DNA of 59,311 nt, the filler included, from Jimgerdemannia flammicorona (lineage: Eukaryota): NCBI GenBank assembly GCA_003990765.1. It is 3 parts of 3 records of this genome, joined end to end, with 100 filler letters (N's around TTAATTAATTAA, not from the genome) between each part and the next. Parts side by side here need not be neighbours in the genome. Positions count along the whole stretch, not along the records: positions 1 to 19,709 come from RBNJ01001870.1; 2 more parts are not named here. The stretch is one strand, 5' to 3'. Position numbers and translations under genes: made by a program. The notes below the pieces were generated by a model. That model worked only from the letters and a program-made list of their open reading frames with translations, had not been told where the DNA came from and did no database searches. Of the stretch, positions 1-11,975 are shown piece by piece (the stretch's first letter is position 1; every line of letters starts with the position of its first letter).

Positions 1-1945
1 TTTTCTTTTCGACTTTCGTATGTCACATATGGAAGAATGGCGTTTTGTCACCATCCAATTGACAGGCGGGTCTTAACATGTAAGGATGGTCCGTCTTGTT
101 TTAGTGTTCAATATTCCAATTCAAGCGAACCTGTGCAGAAACCTTAAAACCGGACGCACTTGTTTGTTGACGCTATAGCGACGTGCTCTTTAACGTTTCA
201 TCCCATTTCAAGAGAACAAAACAAAAATACTTGAAAGGGGTGTGGAATGGCTTCGTGGGAAACGGCCTCGTGAAACAGCCACGCACACTCCATTGCCCCC
301 GCCCGCTCGGAATTCCCGTTCGTTGGTGAGCCGCTTGCTGGCGTGAGGCGTGAGGGTGCCGTGGGTATGTTGTGATGGTCCGGTTATTGGGGTGGAGTGC
401 CTTTCGTGCTTCACGTTCAATGGTTTATCTGTGGATTGTGTTTATTTTATCAGTTTGTCGCACAAGATTCCATTGTTTTGTGCCAAGTAATTACATTTCA
501 GCTTTTAATAATTTTGGCATTCATACATATGTACATATTTGATCACGCCGATCTTTGCGATATATGCGTTTGTTTATGAATTAACTTTTTACATGTTTAT
601 ACCGATGAATAAAAACTAGAGCGCACCCCGAAAATCGGATCTGAGAATCGTCGGCCTTCAACGGTGGGGCTGACCGTTCCTCGTTGGCCAGCCTCTCCCC
701 GCGGCTCAAGCCGATTGGACGTTTGAAGCACAACCGTGCTGCGCGGATCGCCCGACCCCTCAGAGGTCGACGGGAAAAAACGCCGGCGGGTGCACACGAT
801 TACCGTAGGAAGACGGCAAAGAGTAACCGCTCTTGGAATGGAGTTGAGATTAATTTGTTAGGGATATGGTTGATGAAGATGAGATATGGGGGTAATGATG
901 GAGCCGAGAATGGATTAATGGCGTACCTTGGATTCCCATCTCTTGGTCGATTTTGCGTAGGCTACATGGTTGTGAGAGATAGGGGAATGGCGTTGAAACC
1001 CACCTAGATTTCAGAGGATGCAAGTTGGTGCGAATGATGGAAAAGACCGTGAATTCCGTTCGCGCGATACCGCAACGTGGAGATATAATATATACTGTAA
1101 ATATTTGCGCCCTGTTAACACCGAGTGGTTGTGTGTACGCCTTTCCTTGTTCCGGACTGGCACAATGATATCCCGAGACTTGTCCTGCAGGCGTCATATT
1201 CGTGACTCCAATTCTGCACAACACGACAAAAAAATCGTAGGTCCGCATTTTCCATCCCTTCTTCGGAGCATAGGTACATATGTCGTGCAGCGCAGGTATG
1301 TCATAGAAGCCGTTCCCCAGTATCGGCATTCCAATGTTGAATGTCCGAAACGCCAGTCGCCGTGTTTCCATAATCGTCTGCGTGCCGATCTGCGGGACGT
1401 GTAAGTCCTTCACGACCTCCGACTTTGGTGTTTATGTCCAAGATCAATTGGGCAATTTGAATAGTCCAAATGAAACCTCAATTTCGGCAGTCAAATCGCA
1501 ATGTTGCACGAGAAAGAATAGGAGGAGCTAACCCAGGGCCGCAGACGCTCTCTGAGCTTTCGGACTAATAAAAAAAAAAAAAAAAAAAAAAAAAAAGATG
1601 TCACAAGAAACCCCACACCCGAATGCCGCACCTGTTAGCGACATCGAGGCTGGTGAGCTGGGTGGTGTACTCTGCTAGATCACACCTCTTCACGGAAGAT
1701 GTAATCTTGGCAAAAAATAAATTCAAAAAAAGAAGGGCGGTTGCAGGAGGAAAGCGCGCTGCGGATATTTATGCTCTGGCTGATCGACCAACCACTCTGG
1801 ATTGTTCAGCAGCCCATGGAATGTTATCGAATATGACAGCGTCACCGATCCCATGGTAGCCATTCGAAATTGCCGAGATTCTCTTCCCTCTGCCCATCGC
1901 AAACCTCGCTGCCATCACAGAATTATGCGCGACCAGACCCAAAGT

Positions 1946-2162
1946 GTCCGGTATAAGAGTGTTTCTGAGTTCAAATTGTATACAAGTGTCTGGTATAAAA
2001 GTGTCTCTGAGCTCAATTGTATCTGAGTATCCGGTATAAGTGTCTCTGAGCCCGATCGTATCTGAATATCGGGTATAAGAGTGTCTCTGAGTCCAATCGT
2101 ATCTTGATATCTGGTATAAAGGTGTCTCTGAGCTCAATTGTATCTGAGTATCCGGTAAAAGG
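1946..2162. repeat. Tandem repeat, ~39-42-bp unit, ~5.3 copies
   Basis: Units of consensus RTCYGGTATAARRGTGTCTCTGAGCTCAATTGTATCTGAGT read directly in tandem. Confidence 0.9.
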
Positions 2163-2222
2163 TGATTATATAATTTCACGCAGAGAAGAAGGATAAATTT
2201 CATAGTCATGTGCCACGCCACT

Positions 2223-2403
2223 CAATGACCTACTTACTGTCAATGACCTACTCCAATGACCTACTGCAATGACCTACTGCAATGACCTACTACTATGACC
2301 TACTGCAATGACCTACTGCAATGACCTACGGCAATGACCTATCGCAATGACCTACGACAATGACCTACGGCAATGACCTACTGCAATGACCTACTTCAAT
2401 GAC
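2223..2403. repeat. Minisatellite, 13-bp unit CAATGACCTACTG, ~13 copies
   Basis: Direct reading; core CAATGACCTA is nearly invariant and the last 2-3 nt vary. Confidence 0.95.
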
Positions 2404-3505
2404 GCCGAGGTCTCCCTGCTTTGAACGCATTCCACAGTACTCTGCACGGGTCGGGTCAGCCGCCGGTACCTGTGGTCTATTATGTCCACAGGCAGCTGTT
2501 CATAAAACCCCGACGAAACTCTAACCATCAAGACCCTTCTTCCGAGATATCTTCAATGAGATTCTCACAGGCGAAAAATCCTTTTCAACGAGCTTTGTAC
2601 TTCCAATTCCACCGCCGTGATTCACTCTGACGAGATCCGTAGCTCCCACTGACAAGATGCCCTCACTCACCTTACCCTACTGATGAGACCGGTTGGTTGG
2701 ATTCAGTTCTTGGAATTTCTGACTATCGCAGATCAAGTTCGAGTTGAACTCGACCCATGCAGAGAACTACTCCACACTCTATACGTCCTGCTGCAAAGCA
2801 ATCGCCTTGTGAGTACTCCTTAGAATTTTGCAGTGGTTAGGCCTTTGTTAGTTATTTGTATGCAATTCGGAAAAAAAAAATCATGGTGGTTGGGGACTGA
2901 GTCACGTTGTAGCCCGAGTTTCGCAGGGTTTGCTTGATTGCTTTCCTTTTTGCACCACCCCCACTATAATCCAGCCAATCTAATATTCACGAGCTACGAG
3001 CGACACTTGCAACCTTGAAGACTTGCATAAGGCCACCCATGAGTATCTTCACTGCCTTTCTCTATTGCCCAATGTAATGGTGTTAATTCTATTGTCCTTT
3101 TGTTTACAAATTCTACACTGTAATAAAACAAGACAATAAAAAACTGTATTGTAAAATAATGAATGGTTGAAGCCTACCTAGGATGTATTGGTAAAGCTAC
3201 CAGTTTTTCTTAAATATGCTATTACAGTTTTTTTTTAGGTATATATATATATATATATAACCGAGCAATTCTCTCTGAGATTTTAAATATATCTGGTCCA
3301 TCCGGCTTTTTTGATACGTACCAGAAAAAAGACAACTAGTATCTGAAAATTCTGTGAGCACTCTTGTTTTTACGATTCTCTATACACCTCAGATACACCT
3401 TCGATTGGCTGATGAACGTCGCACCATAAGTTTGCGACCGGGTACTGTCTCGCTAGCGCAGCAGTGAGGTTCGTTGAGATGTAATTAAATGATGCTCGTT
3501 CGTTG

Positions 3506-3934
3506 ATGGCTTTCAGTTTGGTCTGCAACTCGGTCTGCTTCAGTAATTAAAAGGTGCTCGCTCGTTTTTTCCTGCTCACTTCATTGGTCTGTAACTCGCA
3601 CTTATTTGATGACATCCTTGTTCACTTATTATTATTATTATTTGCTTTTTGCTGGTGCTTTCTTCAATAGTTAAGTGGCGCTCACTCATTTTTTCTGCTC
3701 ATTTCTCGAACTCTGCTTGCTTCGAGATCCTGGTAATTAAGTGGTGCTCGGAAAACCTCTGAGCAGCAAAAATGAACGAACTCACATAACTAATAAAGAA
3801 AGTAGACCGAGTTGCAAACCAAATTGAACACCACTGACAGTGTTGCAGACCAATGAGCACCACTTAAATGAGTGATCAGCAAAAATGAGCAAGTACTTCT
3901 TAATTACAGAGTTGCAGACCAAACTAAATGCCAT
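3506..3934. mobile_element. Imperfect palindromic MITE-like element
   Basis: ATGGCTTTCAGTTTGGTCTGCAACTC (3506-3531) is nearly the reverse complement of GAGTTGCAGACCAAACTAAATGCCAT (3909-3934). Internal TAATTAA..GTGCTC and TTGGTCTG(C/T)AAC motifs recur in both orientations. Confidence 0.55.
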
Positions 3935-4409
3935 GTAGCGGATCGAAATGAAATTTTTACAAAAGTTGTGCAAAACTTACATTTTAAAAAAATTCATCCA
4001 CAATAATTTTATTGATATAAATAGATGAAATATCTAAGGAATATATATGGTATATTTATTTTATACATAGGTACACAGAGAGACTATGAGCAGAATATTT
4101 CTGCTGGTAACCTAACCGGTACACTGCGACATGACAATACCCTGCGGCATGACCAGTACCCTGCGGCATGACCAGTACCCTTTGGGAGGGTGCAGTACCC
4201 AGCACATGACAAAACCCCACCCAGCCTATTGCCAAAACCGGTTTATAGCGCACACTATCGGAATCCTCTTTATTTTTTTTTAACCTCATCCGTCTTCCTT
4301 CACCCTTTCACGCCACAACCCACCTAACAAAAAATGCTCATCCCGGATCCCAAGATGGTCGACATCCCGACCATCGGACAGCGCCAAGCATCTGGATCTG
4401 AGCTACTAC

Positions 4410-4712
4410 ATGGCGCAGCGCTCCGTCTCGGCGCGACGGTCGCCCAACAACCCTACCATCTTGTTCGTTGGTGCGTCAGGCGCAAGCAAGTCTACGACCA
4501 TTAATCGCCTCTTCGGCACAAAAATCTGCGATATTGGAGACACCAAGTCCGTTACAAAGGACGTCACCGAGTATTACGTTGACATATCTTCCATGAGATG
4601 CGGCATCAATAACCTCAAGCTCTCCATCATCGATACGCCTGGGTCCGGTGATTCGAAGGGGGGGGCCAAAATCGGATGCGAAGCATACCGTGTGCATGCA
4701 ACGGTTTTTTGA
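4410..4712 (+). pseudogene. Truncated TRAFAC-class GTPase (AIG1/Toc34/MMR_HSR1-like) fragment
   Basis: ILFVGASGASKSTTIN (G1 with GKS->SKS), SVT (G2) and IIDTPG (G3). No G4 follows. The upstream ATG at 4334 is out of frame and a decayed TE follows. Confidence 0.7.
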
Positions 4713-4899
4713 GGTGGGTTGTCCTGACTAGTTCGTGGCTTTTATTTTGGCCCGCTGAGCGTATTGGACAGGTATTTTAACAAGATTTATTATGGTTGAT
4801 CTTTTATATATTGACGCCTCGAAGACGTACGACGGTTTAAACAAAGGCACCTTCCCATCGGTTATCCTCCCTAACAGACAATCGCATGGGTGGCCTTAA

Positions 4900-7450
4900 G
4901 TCATCTAGTATACCACTCTTTAATTTGATAAATATCTAGAATTTAGTACTAAGTCCACTGAGTAGACTCAGATAAAGAAGAGAAAGATATAATAAATTAT
5001 TATATATACTTACAAGCTACTGAAAATTTCTATAGAAATTTCTATAGAATTTCCAACTAGTAGTTATAGTTATCCAAAATAGTATAAATATATAGATATA
5101 TTCAGTGTATTATATTTAGTCATAGCCTCAAATGTATATAAATACTCTCTATACTAAGTATGTTGTAATCTCAGCTTTACTTTCTCTGAATATAAGAATA
5201 AAGTAGTATTCTTATTACAAAATCTTCAGATCTAACTTATTAATAATTCTGAGTCTGATCAACTTGAAATACAAGTATGATACTTTTACTAATATATATA
5301 AGAACTCAAAAGCAATATCTGAACTCTGTTTCAACAGATGACAGAAACTCAATGCTTTCTCACAAGAACTTAGAACTTAGGGCCAATAGTTGGTTCAATT
5401 ATTTGTAATATATTAATTCTATTGGTATATAGTTTTTTTATACTGAGCAGGTTATATCAGAGGAGTTTCTTATTCCAATGATCTTAGATAAATACTCCAG
5501 ATTTGTATCTTTTGAGATAGATAAAACATCCTTTGATTTGCTCAAAAATGGTATCAATTGTAATAAAGATAGTATCTTATATCTATATATTGTCTTCTAG
5601 TCTATCATCTATCAGATTAATTTATAAGTAGAGTCTTGAGTCATTATCTTTCTTAGATTCTTCTTATTCATCTGTGATAAATTCTTTACATACTCTTTCT
5701 AAATAGTGATCTTCTTCTTTTTCTTAAATTATATAAAGCTAATTACCTTAATATGATACTTCTTTTCTCTATAATTAAATTTGAGTATCTATTGACCAAT
5801 GTCAATGACTATATTCATTTCTCTTATCTAATTAGTACTAAGAATTATCTCATAGGTAATAGCTTAGTGACTACTGCTTTTTAGATAAAAAAATAAATAT
5901 ATCTGAGAGTAATAATAATAATTCAGACTTCTTCCAGAGGTTGAATATAGGCTCCATCTACTACTAATACTGAGGCTAGATAGTTCATCAATGAGTCACT
6001 AGAGGATATCTAGAAATTTTTAGTAATGATACAATATTTGCTTCTATTATTAATAAGAACTTTTACCTTTATCCTCCAATATCTCTATATAGATATATAT
6101 TGATATATCTTTCTGCTACCTAAACAGTAGTTAGTGCTGACTCTTACTATAGGATTAGTACTCAGTCTGTACAAGATCTAATAGTTCTTAGCTATTTATT
6201 TTAAACTTCAGCAGATATTAATTATAAGAACTAGAGGAGAGAGACTTCTATCTTAGCCTTCTAGATCTTCTTCCATACTTCATTATATATATCTCTAGAT
6301 ATGGTCTTTGGGGTATACTTCTTTTTGAGTATTGGAATTACTAATTCTTGTTCCTCTTATTTTATTTCTTTATCTTCAGATCTAGATAGTGATTTATCTT
6401 TTTTGAGAGTAAAGGATGAGAGAGAGTAAGAAGATGTATTAATCTGATTCTCAGCTTCTTTTTTTTGAACAATTCTTCTTTTTGATCTTCTGACTGATCT
6501 GTCTTTATTTATCTTTCTTTTCTCTATAGGATAGACTATTTTTCTAAAGATAATTTTAGTAGAGTATAAATTGAGATTACTATAGTCTCACTATTACTCT
6601 TTTTATAATCTTAAATAGGGTGAGCTTTAGTCTTCTTATACTGGATTGTATTCTTTCAGTTTAGTAGTTCAAAGTCTCTTCAGTTACTTCTTCTATTATT
6701 ATATTCTATGATATAGTGTCCAAGCTATTTATAGTTATAGTATTGAACTTAAGTCTTATTATATATAAGATAGATAGCTTCTGTCTTCTCAAGATGAGTA
6801 ACTTCTGTTTTCCTAGAGTGAGTAGCTTCTGTTATCTCAATGATAGTCTATGTTATTTTACAGATAGTTCTAATTTTCATATATAGTGAGTTTTTTAATT
6901 TTTCCAATCAATTAGTCTAATTTAGAGCTAAGGTTTTAGATTTCATTCTTGTCTTTTTTTTATTTCTTTGTGGATTCCTTCTTTCTTAGATTTCTCTGGA
7001 GAATTTCTTAAAGAGTCTTAATCAAGAGGTTCTCTTTGTCTTTTTTATTATTATTATTTTAAGTGATTTTTTACTTGATCTCAAAGCATCCTTGGGCTAT
7101 ATCTACTTGTTCATCAGGTCTCTTGATATCAAGAGTGTGAATATACTGGACAATATTGAGAGAGATTTCATTTATAAAGATTATTAGACCTAATGATATC
7201 TTAATTAGTAGTACTGAATCTAGTAGTATATATTCTCTTCTAGATTCTTATAAAGAATACTCATAGAGATTTTATAAGATTTATCTTCATATTTATAATG
7301 ATTCTTAAGATTTATAGTGAGTTTCAGTTTCTGTATACTTCTTATAAGTCAGTAAGAGATAGTTATATATTGGTCTATATAGTAGTTTATAGTAGCTAAG
7401 ACTTGTTCTAGATTAGAGTTATATTCTGATAAAGATTTCTTTAGCTAACT
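4900..7450 (-). mobile_element. Highly decayed LTR-retrotransposon gag-protease relic (boundaries approximate)
   Basis: Minus strand shows a decayed CCHC knuckle YYNYK*LGHYIIEY (6742-6701). Retropepsin remnants are KVLINNRSKYCII (IDSGS-like, ~6030-6070) and IILSTN*IREMNIVID (IILGxDW-like, ~5800-5850). AT-rich and CpG-free. Confidence 0.65.
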
Positions 7451-8346
7451 CTCTTAGTTATATATATGTATATATATATATATAGTATACCACACTTATA
7501 CTCAACCTTTTGATTATAACTTTATATTGTACTTAATAAAAAAATAATAAAAATTATAAATTAATAGAAAATCCTATTGAGTTTTATCAAATAGAGAGTT
7601 TTTTTTTTTTTTTTGATATTGTTTATAAATTTTAGTAAATTAGTTTTTTATATCAATTATTACTATTTTTTATATTTATATTAAGGTCTATCACAATTTT
7701 GGCCTTAAATCCATATACTTTTGGCCTTAAATCTATAGTATTGTGACATATTTTTCAAAGCCAAAAAAATCAAAATCTGGCTTTAAAAAGAAATTGTAAA
7801 TCAACCCACTCAACTCACTTTTCAAGGTGCTTTCGAGGCCACTCAAGGTCACTATTTGAACCTGCTCAAGGCTGCTGTTCAAGGTCACTCAAGGCTGCCA
7901 CTCAAGGCCACTCAAGGCTGCTCAAGGCCACCATTCAAGGCCACTCAAGGCTGCTGCTCAAGGCTGCTCAAGGCTGCTCAAGGCCACCATTTGAGGCCAC
8001 CCAAGGCCACTGTTTGAGGCCACTCAAGGCTGCAGTTCGAGGCCACTATTCAAGGCTGCTCAAGGCCACTGCTCAAGGCTGCTCAAGGCTGCTCAAGGCC
8101 ACCATTCAAGACTACTCAAGTTGCTATTCGAGGCCACTCAAGGCTACAGTTCGAGGCCACCATTCAAGACCACTCAAGGCTGCCATTTGAGATCACTCAA
8201 GGCCACCATTCAAGGTGTAAATGGCAAGCAAGTATGTATGAATGTAAATGCTGTTCATACCTACTCATCATTCACACCTATCTGTCATTTACATTCATGT
8301 CCACCATTCATATCTACTTGCCACTCAGTGAGTTCATTTATTAAAA

Positions 8347-9126
8347 ATGCTTAAACAGAATTATGTCTATAATGGTAGACTGATAAACAAAGGCTGGAGG
8401 GTGAGAGAATTGACAGTCAACTCAATAACTCGAATAACAGAGCAATGACTCAATCACTTTGAATTTCCATACAAGGTCATAACTGCTCTAGATACTGTGC
8501 AAAAACACCTCCATAGCTCAGTATGGGCTGAAATTCATATTCCATGAAAAAGAGATATATTCTGTACTAGAATCACTGAATTTTCCCCTTCTCTGGCATT
8601 ACAAGAGAGACCACCACCACCATGGCCACCTTGACCATGACCATGAGCTGCTATCAAAAAGAGGAAACAAACCAAACAAAAGACTGTCAGGGTAAAGGTG
8701 ATCCCTCAAGAAGTTGGAGCAGCTCTTCGAAAAGCTCAAGAGCAAATTAAACTACAACAAGAAGATCTCATTAGAAATTATCAAGACCTACTACTTCAAA
8801 TCAATAATACCACTCAAAATGATGAATCTTTACATGCATGACATTTGCTTAGAAAGAAACTTCAAGCTGATGAGCAAAATGGTGACAATTCAGCTACTCA
8901 GCATTCCAAGGAAATTATGGTAGGGAAAAGATTCTATGATGGACTACCTTTATTGAAATTGAGAAACAAAGACAAAATACTTATTCAGGCAAGAAGGATT
9001 TATGATGTAACATCATGATTAGCTCCTAATCAAGTTGCAAGAGTACAAGAGATATCTGTAAATAATGTAGCTGAAGTGCTAAAGGGTGAATGACACATTC
9101 TACAAAATATGTGTCATATGATGTGA
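8347..9126 (+). pseudogene. Decayed ~260-codon ORF inside the foldback element (helical protein, unknown function)
   Basis: One frame without indels. All 8 internal stops are TGA (8446, 8545, 8632, 8638, 8644, 8839, 9016, 9091), consistent with CGA/TGG decay. Contains a P/R-rich stretch, a KKRK patch and ARRIYDVTS*LAPNQVARVQEISVNNVAEV. A partial second copy lies on the minus strand at ~10520-10650. Confidence 0.65.
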
Positions 9127-9989
9127 GTAAAAAATTGTGTACTAAGCCACAATATTAGTAGAATAAGCCACATATTGTATATGTTTTTATATTATGCCAA
9201 TTATAATTATTTTATATGCCAATTGTTATATGCCAATTGTAATTATTTATTTATATGCCAATTGTAATTTTTTTTATTTTTTTCATATACCAACACAATT
9301 ATATTATATATTTTTAATAAACTGACTTATAGTGTAAATGGCAAGCAGATGTGAATGGCAAGCAGAAGTGAATAGCAGCCTTGAGCAGCATTGAGCTGCC
9401 TCAAATGGCAGTGTTAAGCAGCCTTGAACAGCAGTGTTGAGTGGCCTTGAACAGTAGCATTGAACAGCCTCTAACAGCAGTGTAGAGCAGCCTCGAATGG
9501 TGGCATTGAGCAGCCTCATTGAGCAGCCTCAAATGGCAGTCTCGAATAGCACTGTTTGAGACTGCTCAAGGGCCTTGAACAGTACCCTTGAGCAGCAGCC
9601 TTGAAGTGGGTTGAGGGATGGAGCTAGCTTACAATTTTTTTGGCTTTAAAAAGAAATTGTAAGCCAGCCATAAGTCAATCTGCTTAACCCACTTTAAGGC
9701 TGCTGCTCAAGGGCACCATTCAAGGCTGCTCAAGGGCACTGTTTAAGGCTGCTCAATACCACCATTCGAGGCTGCTCAATACTACCATCGAGGCCACTCA
9801 ACACTACTGTTCGAGGCCACTCAATACCCCATTCAAGGCCGCTCAATACTGCTATTTGAGACCACTCAATGCTGCCATTTGAGGCTGCTCCATGCCACCA
9901 TTTGAAGCTGCTCAAGGCCACTATTTGAGGCTGCTCAAGGCTACCCAGATGTGAATGGTAAGCAGGTATGAACATAAATACTATTCACC

Positions 9990-10345
9990 TTCACCATTGA
10001 TACTGACTTGTCATTCACATTTATGTCTGCTCACCATTCATACCTGCTTACCATTCATATCTGCTCACTATTCACATCTGCTTGCTGTTTATGTCTGCTC
10101 TATTCACATCTGTTTGCCATTCATGTCTGCTCCCATTTATGTCTGTTTGCTGTTTATATCTGCTCCCATTCACATCTGCTTGCTGTTCATATCTATTCCA
10201 TTCATATCTGTTTGCCATTCATGTCTGCTCCCATTCACATCTGTTTGCCATTCATGTCTGCTCTCATTCATGTCTGCTTGCCATTCATGTCTGCTCTCAT
10301 TCACATCTACTTGCTGTTTATGTCTGCTTGCTATTCATACTAATG
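9990..10345. repeat. 16-17-bp tandem repeat (CATTCATGTCTGCTTGC-like) in the foldback arm
   Basis: Direct reading; source of the spurious C/H/L-rich ORFs. Confidence 0.9.
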
Positions 10346-11399
10346 GTGAGTCCATTCATTAAAAATGCTTAATATAGTTGTGTTGGTATATAAAAAAAAT
10401 ACAATTGTCATAAAAAAAAAAAAAATACAATTGATATATAAAATAAATAATTACAATCAATACAATATGTGGCTTATTCCACTGATATTGTGGCTTAGTA
10501 CACTTCTTGACAGCAGTTTTACTCCCTATATATATTTTGTAGAACATATCATTCATACTTTAGTACTTCAGCTATATTATTTACAGATATCCCTTGTACT
10601 TCTGCAACTTGATTAGGAGCTAATTGTGATGTTACATTATAAATCCTTCTTTATCTAGAGTAGTTATAACCTTGTATAGAAAGTCAAAGCAATTGAACAG
10701 CATTTACATTCACCATTCACACCTGCTCATTGTCTTGAGTGGCCTTGAATGGTAGCCTTGAGCAGCCTCAAATGGCAGCCTTAAATAGCAGCCTTGAATG
10801 GCAGCCTCAAATGGCGGCCTTGAGTGGCCTTGAATGGCAGCCTCAAACAGTGGCCTTGAGTGGCCTTGAATGGCAGCCTTGAACAGCAGCCTTGAGTGGC
10901 CTTGAACAGTAGCATCGAATAGTAGCCTTGAAGGTAGTCTTGAATGGCTTCGAACATTGGCCTTGAGCAGCCTCAAATGGTGGCTGTGAGTGGCCTTGAA
11001 CAGCAGCCTTGAGCAGCCTCGAATGGTGGCCTTGAGTGGCCTTGAACAGTACCCTTGGGCAGCCTCGAACAGCACCCTTGAGTGGTCCTGAACAGCAGAG
11101 TGGCCTTGAGTGGGTTGACTTATTATGGCTGGCTTACAATTTCTTTTTAAGTGCTAGAATTTATACTACCATATGAACGAATTATCCCTATAGGTGGTTG
11201 GGACTTTAAAAAAAAAATTTCCTTCAGACTTCTTCTTCAAACTCATCTATTCTTTAACTTCTTCCTCTTTACAAACTCCTCTGACCCTTGCTCCCAGCAT
11301 AGCCTGGCCTCATATATATATATATATCTGATATACTAACAGCCATCTCCACCTGTGACAGCAATTCAAGATCAGTATTGTTTTGGTGGAGGAAATGTA

Positions 11400-11857
11400 G
11401 TGCTCTGCAAACCCAACCTGATCTAGAGAACAAACCTACCATTTGATAGGAGTGTTAAAAATACAATAACTTAATGGAAACACATCCAATTTTAATGATT
11501 TTGGGCTTGTTTGAAAGCCTATGATTATAGCTTTCCAATATATATTATATTGTTAATATTTGCCATGTTTTCATTGAGTGATTTTATTTTGAATCTCGGG
11601 TTGTATGGCGGATTTGTTCTCAATCTGGGAACAGACTGCCCTCATCCTGAGGTTTTCAAAATACGATAACTTAACGAAAAAACATCCAAAATTAACGAAA
11701 TTATAATTGCTAGAACACTATGATCATAGGCTTTCAAAAAAAAACTAAATTCATTAAATTCTGATGTGTTTTCATCAAGTTATTACATTTATTATCACTC
11801 AGGTCAAATGGCAGGTTGTTCTCAGGTCGGTTGGGTTGGGTTGGGTTTGTGGAGCTC
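11400..11857. mobile_element. MITE with ~50-bp TIRs and TA flanks
   Basis: Left TA|GTGCTCTGCAAACCCAACC..GAGAACAAACCTACCATTTGA matches right TCAAATGGCAGGTTGTTCTC..GGTTGGGTTTGTGGAGCTC|TA. Two internal palindromic modules (ATAACTTAA..ACATCCAA; GAAAGC..GCTTTC). Confidence 0.8.
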
Positions 11858-11975
11858 TAAAATGATGTGAAGCCTCAGCTTATTCTACAGAAAGTATATT
11901 TATGAATACTAAAATCTGATCTTTTCAATCTCTACATTTTCAATCTTTTATTTTTATTTTTATTTCAGAATCATA

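Larger units (their letters stand above)
7757..11155. mobile_element. Foldback-like compound element: two tail-to-tail units with satellite-built inverted arms
   Basis: 10-13-bp AGGCCACTCA/AGGCTGCTCA arrays are forward at ~7820-8215 and ~9690-9945 and inverted at ~9370-9605 and ~10735-11110. The shared terminus CTTTAAAAAGAAATTGTAA occurs at ~7781, ~9644 and inverted at ~11135-11152. 8990-9180 is the reverse complement of ~10455-10650. Confidence 0.75.

Noticed and set aside
617..800. GC-rich possible hairpin element or ncRNA
   Set aside because: Only short inverted matches (GCACCC/GGGTGC); no recognisable RNA family or TSD
850..1413. 187-aa minus-strand ORF and overlapping plus-strand ORFs
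   Set aside because: No recognisable motif or consistent splice model; cannot support a product
1566..1596. AATAAA-like signal plus long poly(A), a possible retroposed 3' end
   Set aside because: No TSD and no match to the LINE 3' motif seen
1946..2403. CRISPR-like array
   Set aside because: Units are contiguous without unique spacers; eukaryotic context and no cas genes
8347..9126. UGA=Trp (Mollicutes endobacterial code) explanation for the all-TGA stops
   Set aside because: The second copy has CAA opposite TGA at 9016 (ancestral CGA), P*P*P* reads better as PRPRPR, and the region is CpG-depleted
9955..11075. Cys/His/Leu-rich and FEAAQG-repeat ORFs
   Set aside because: Translations of satellite arms, open in several frames
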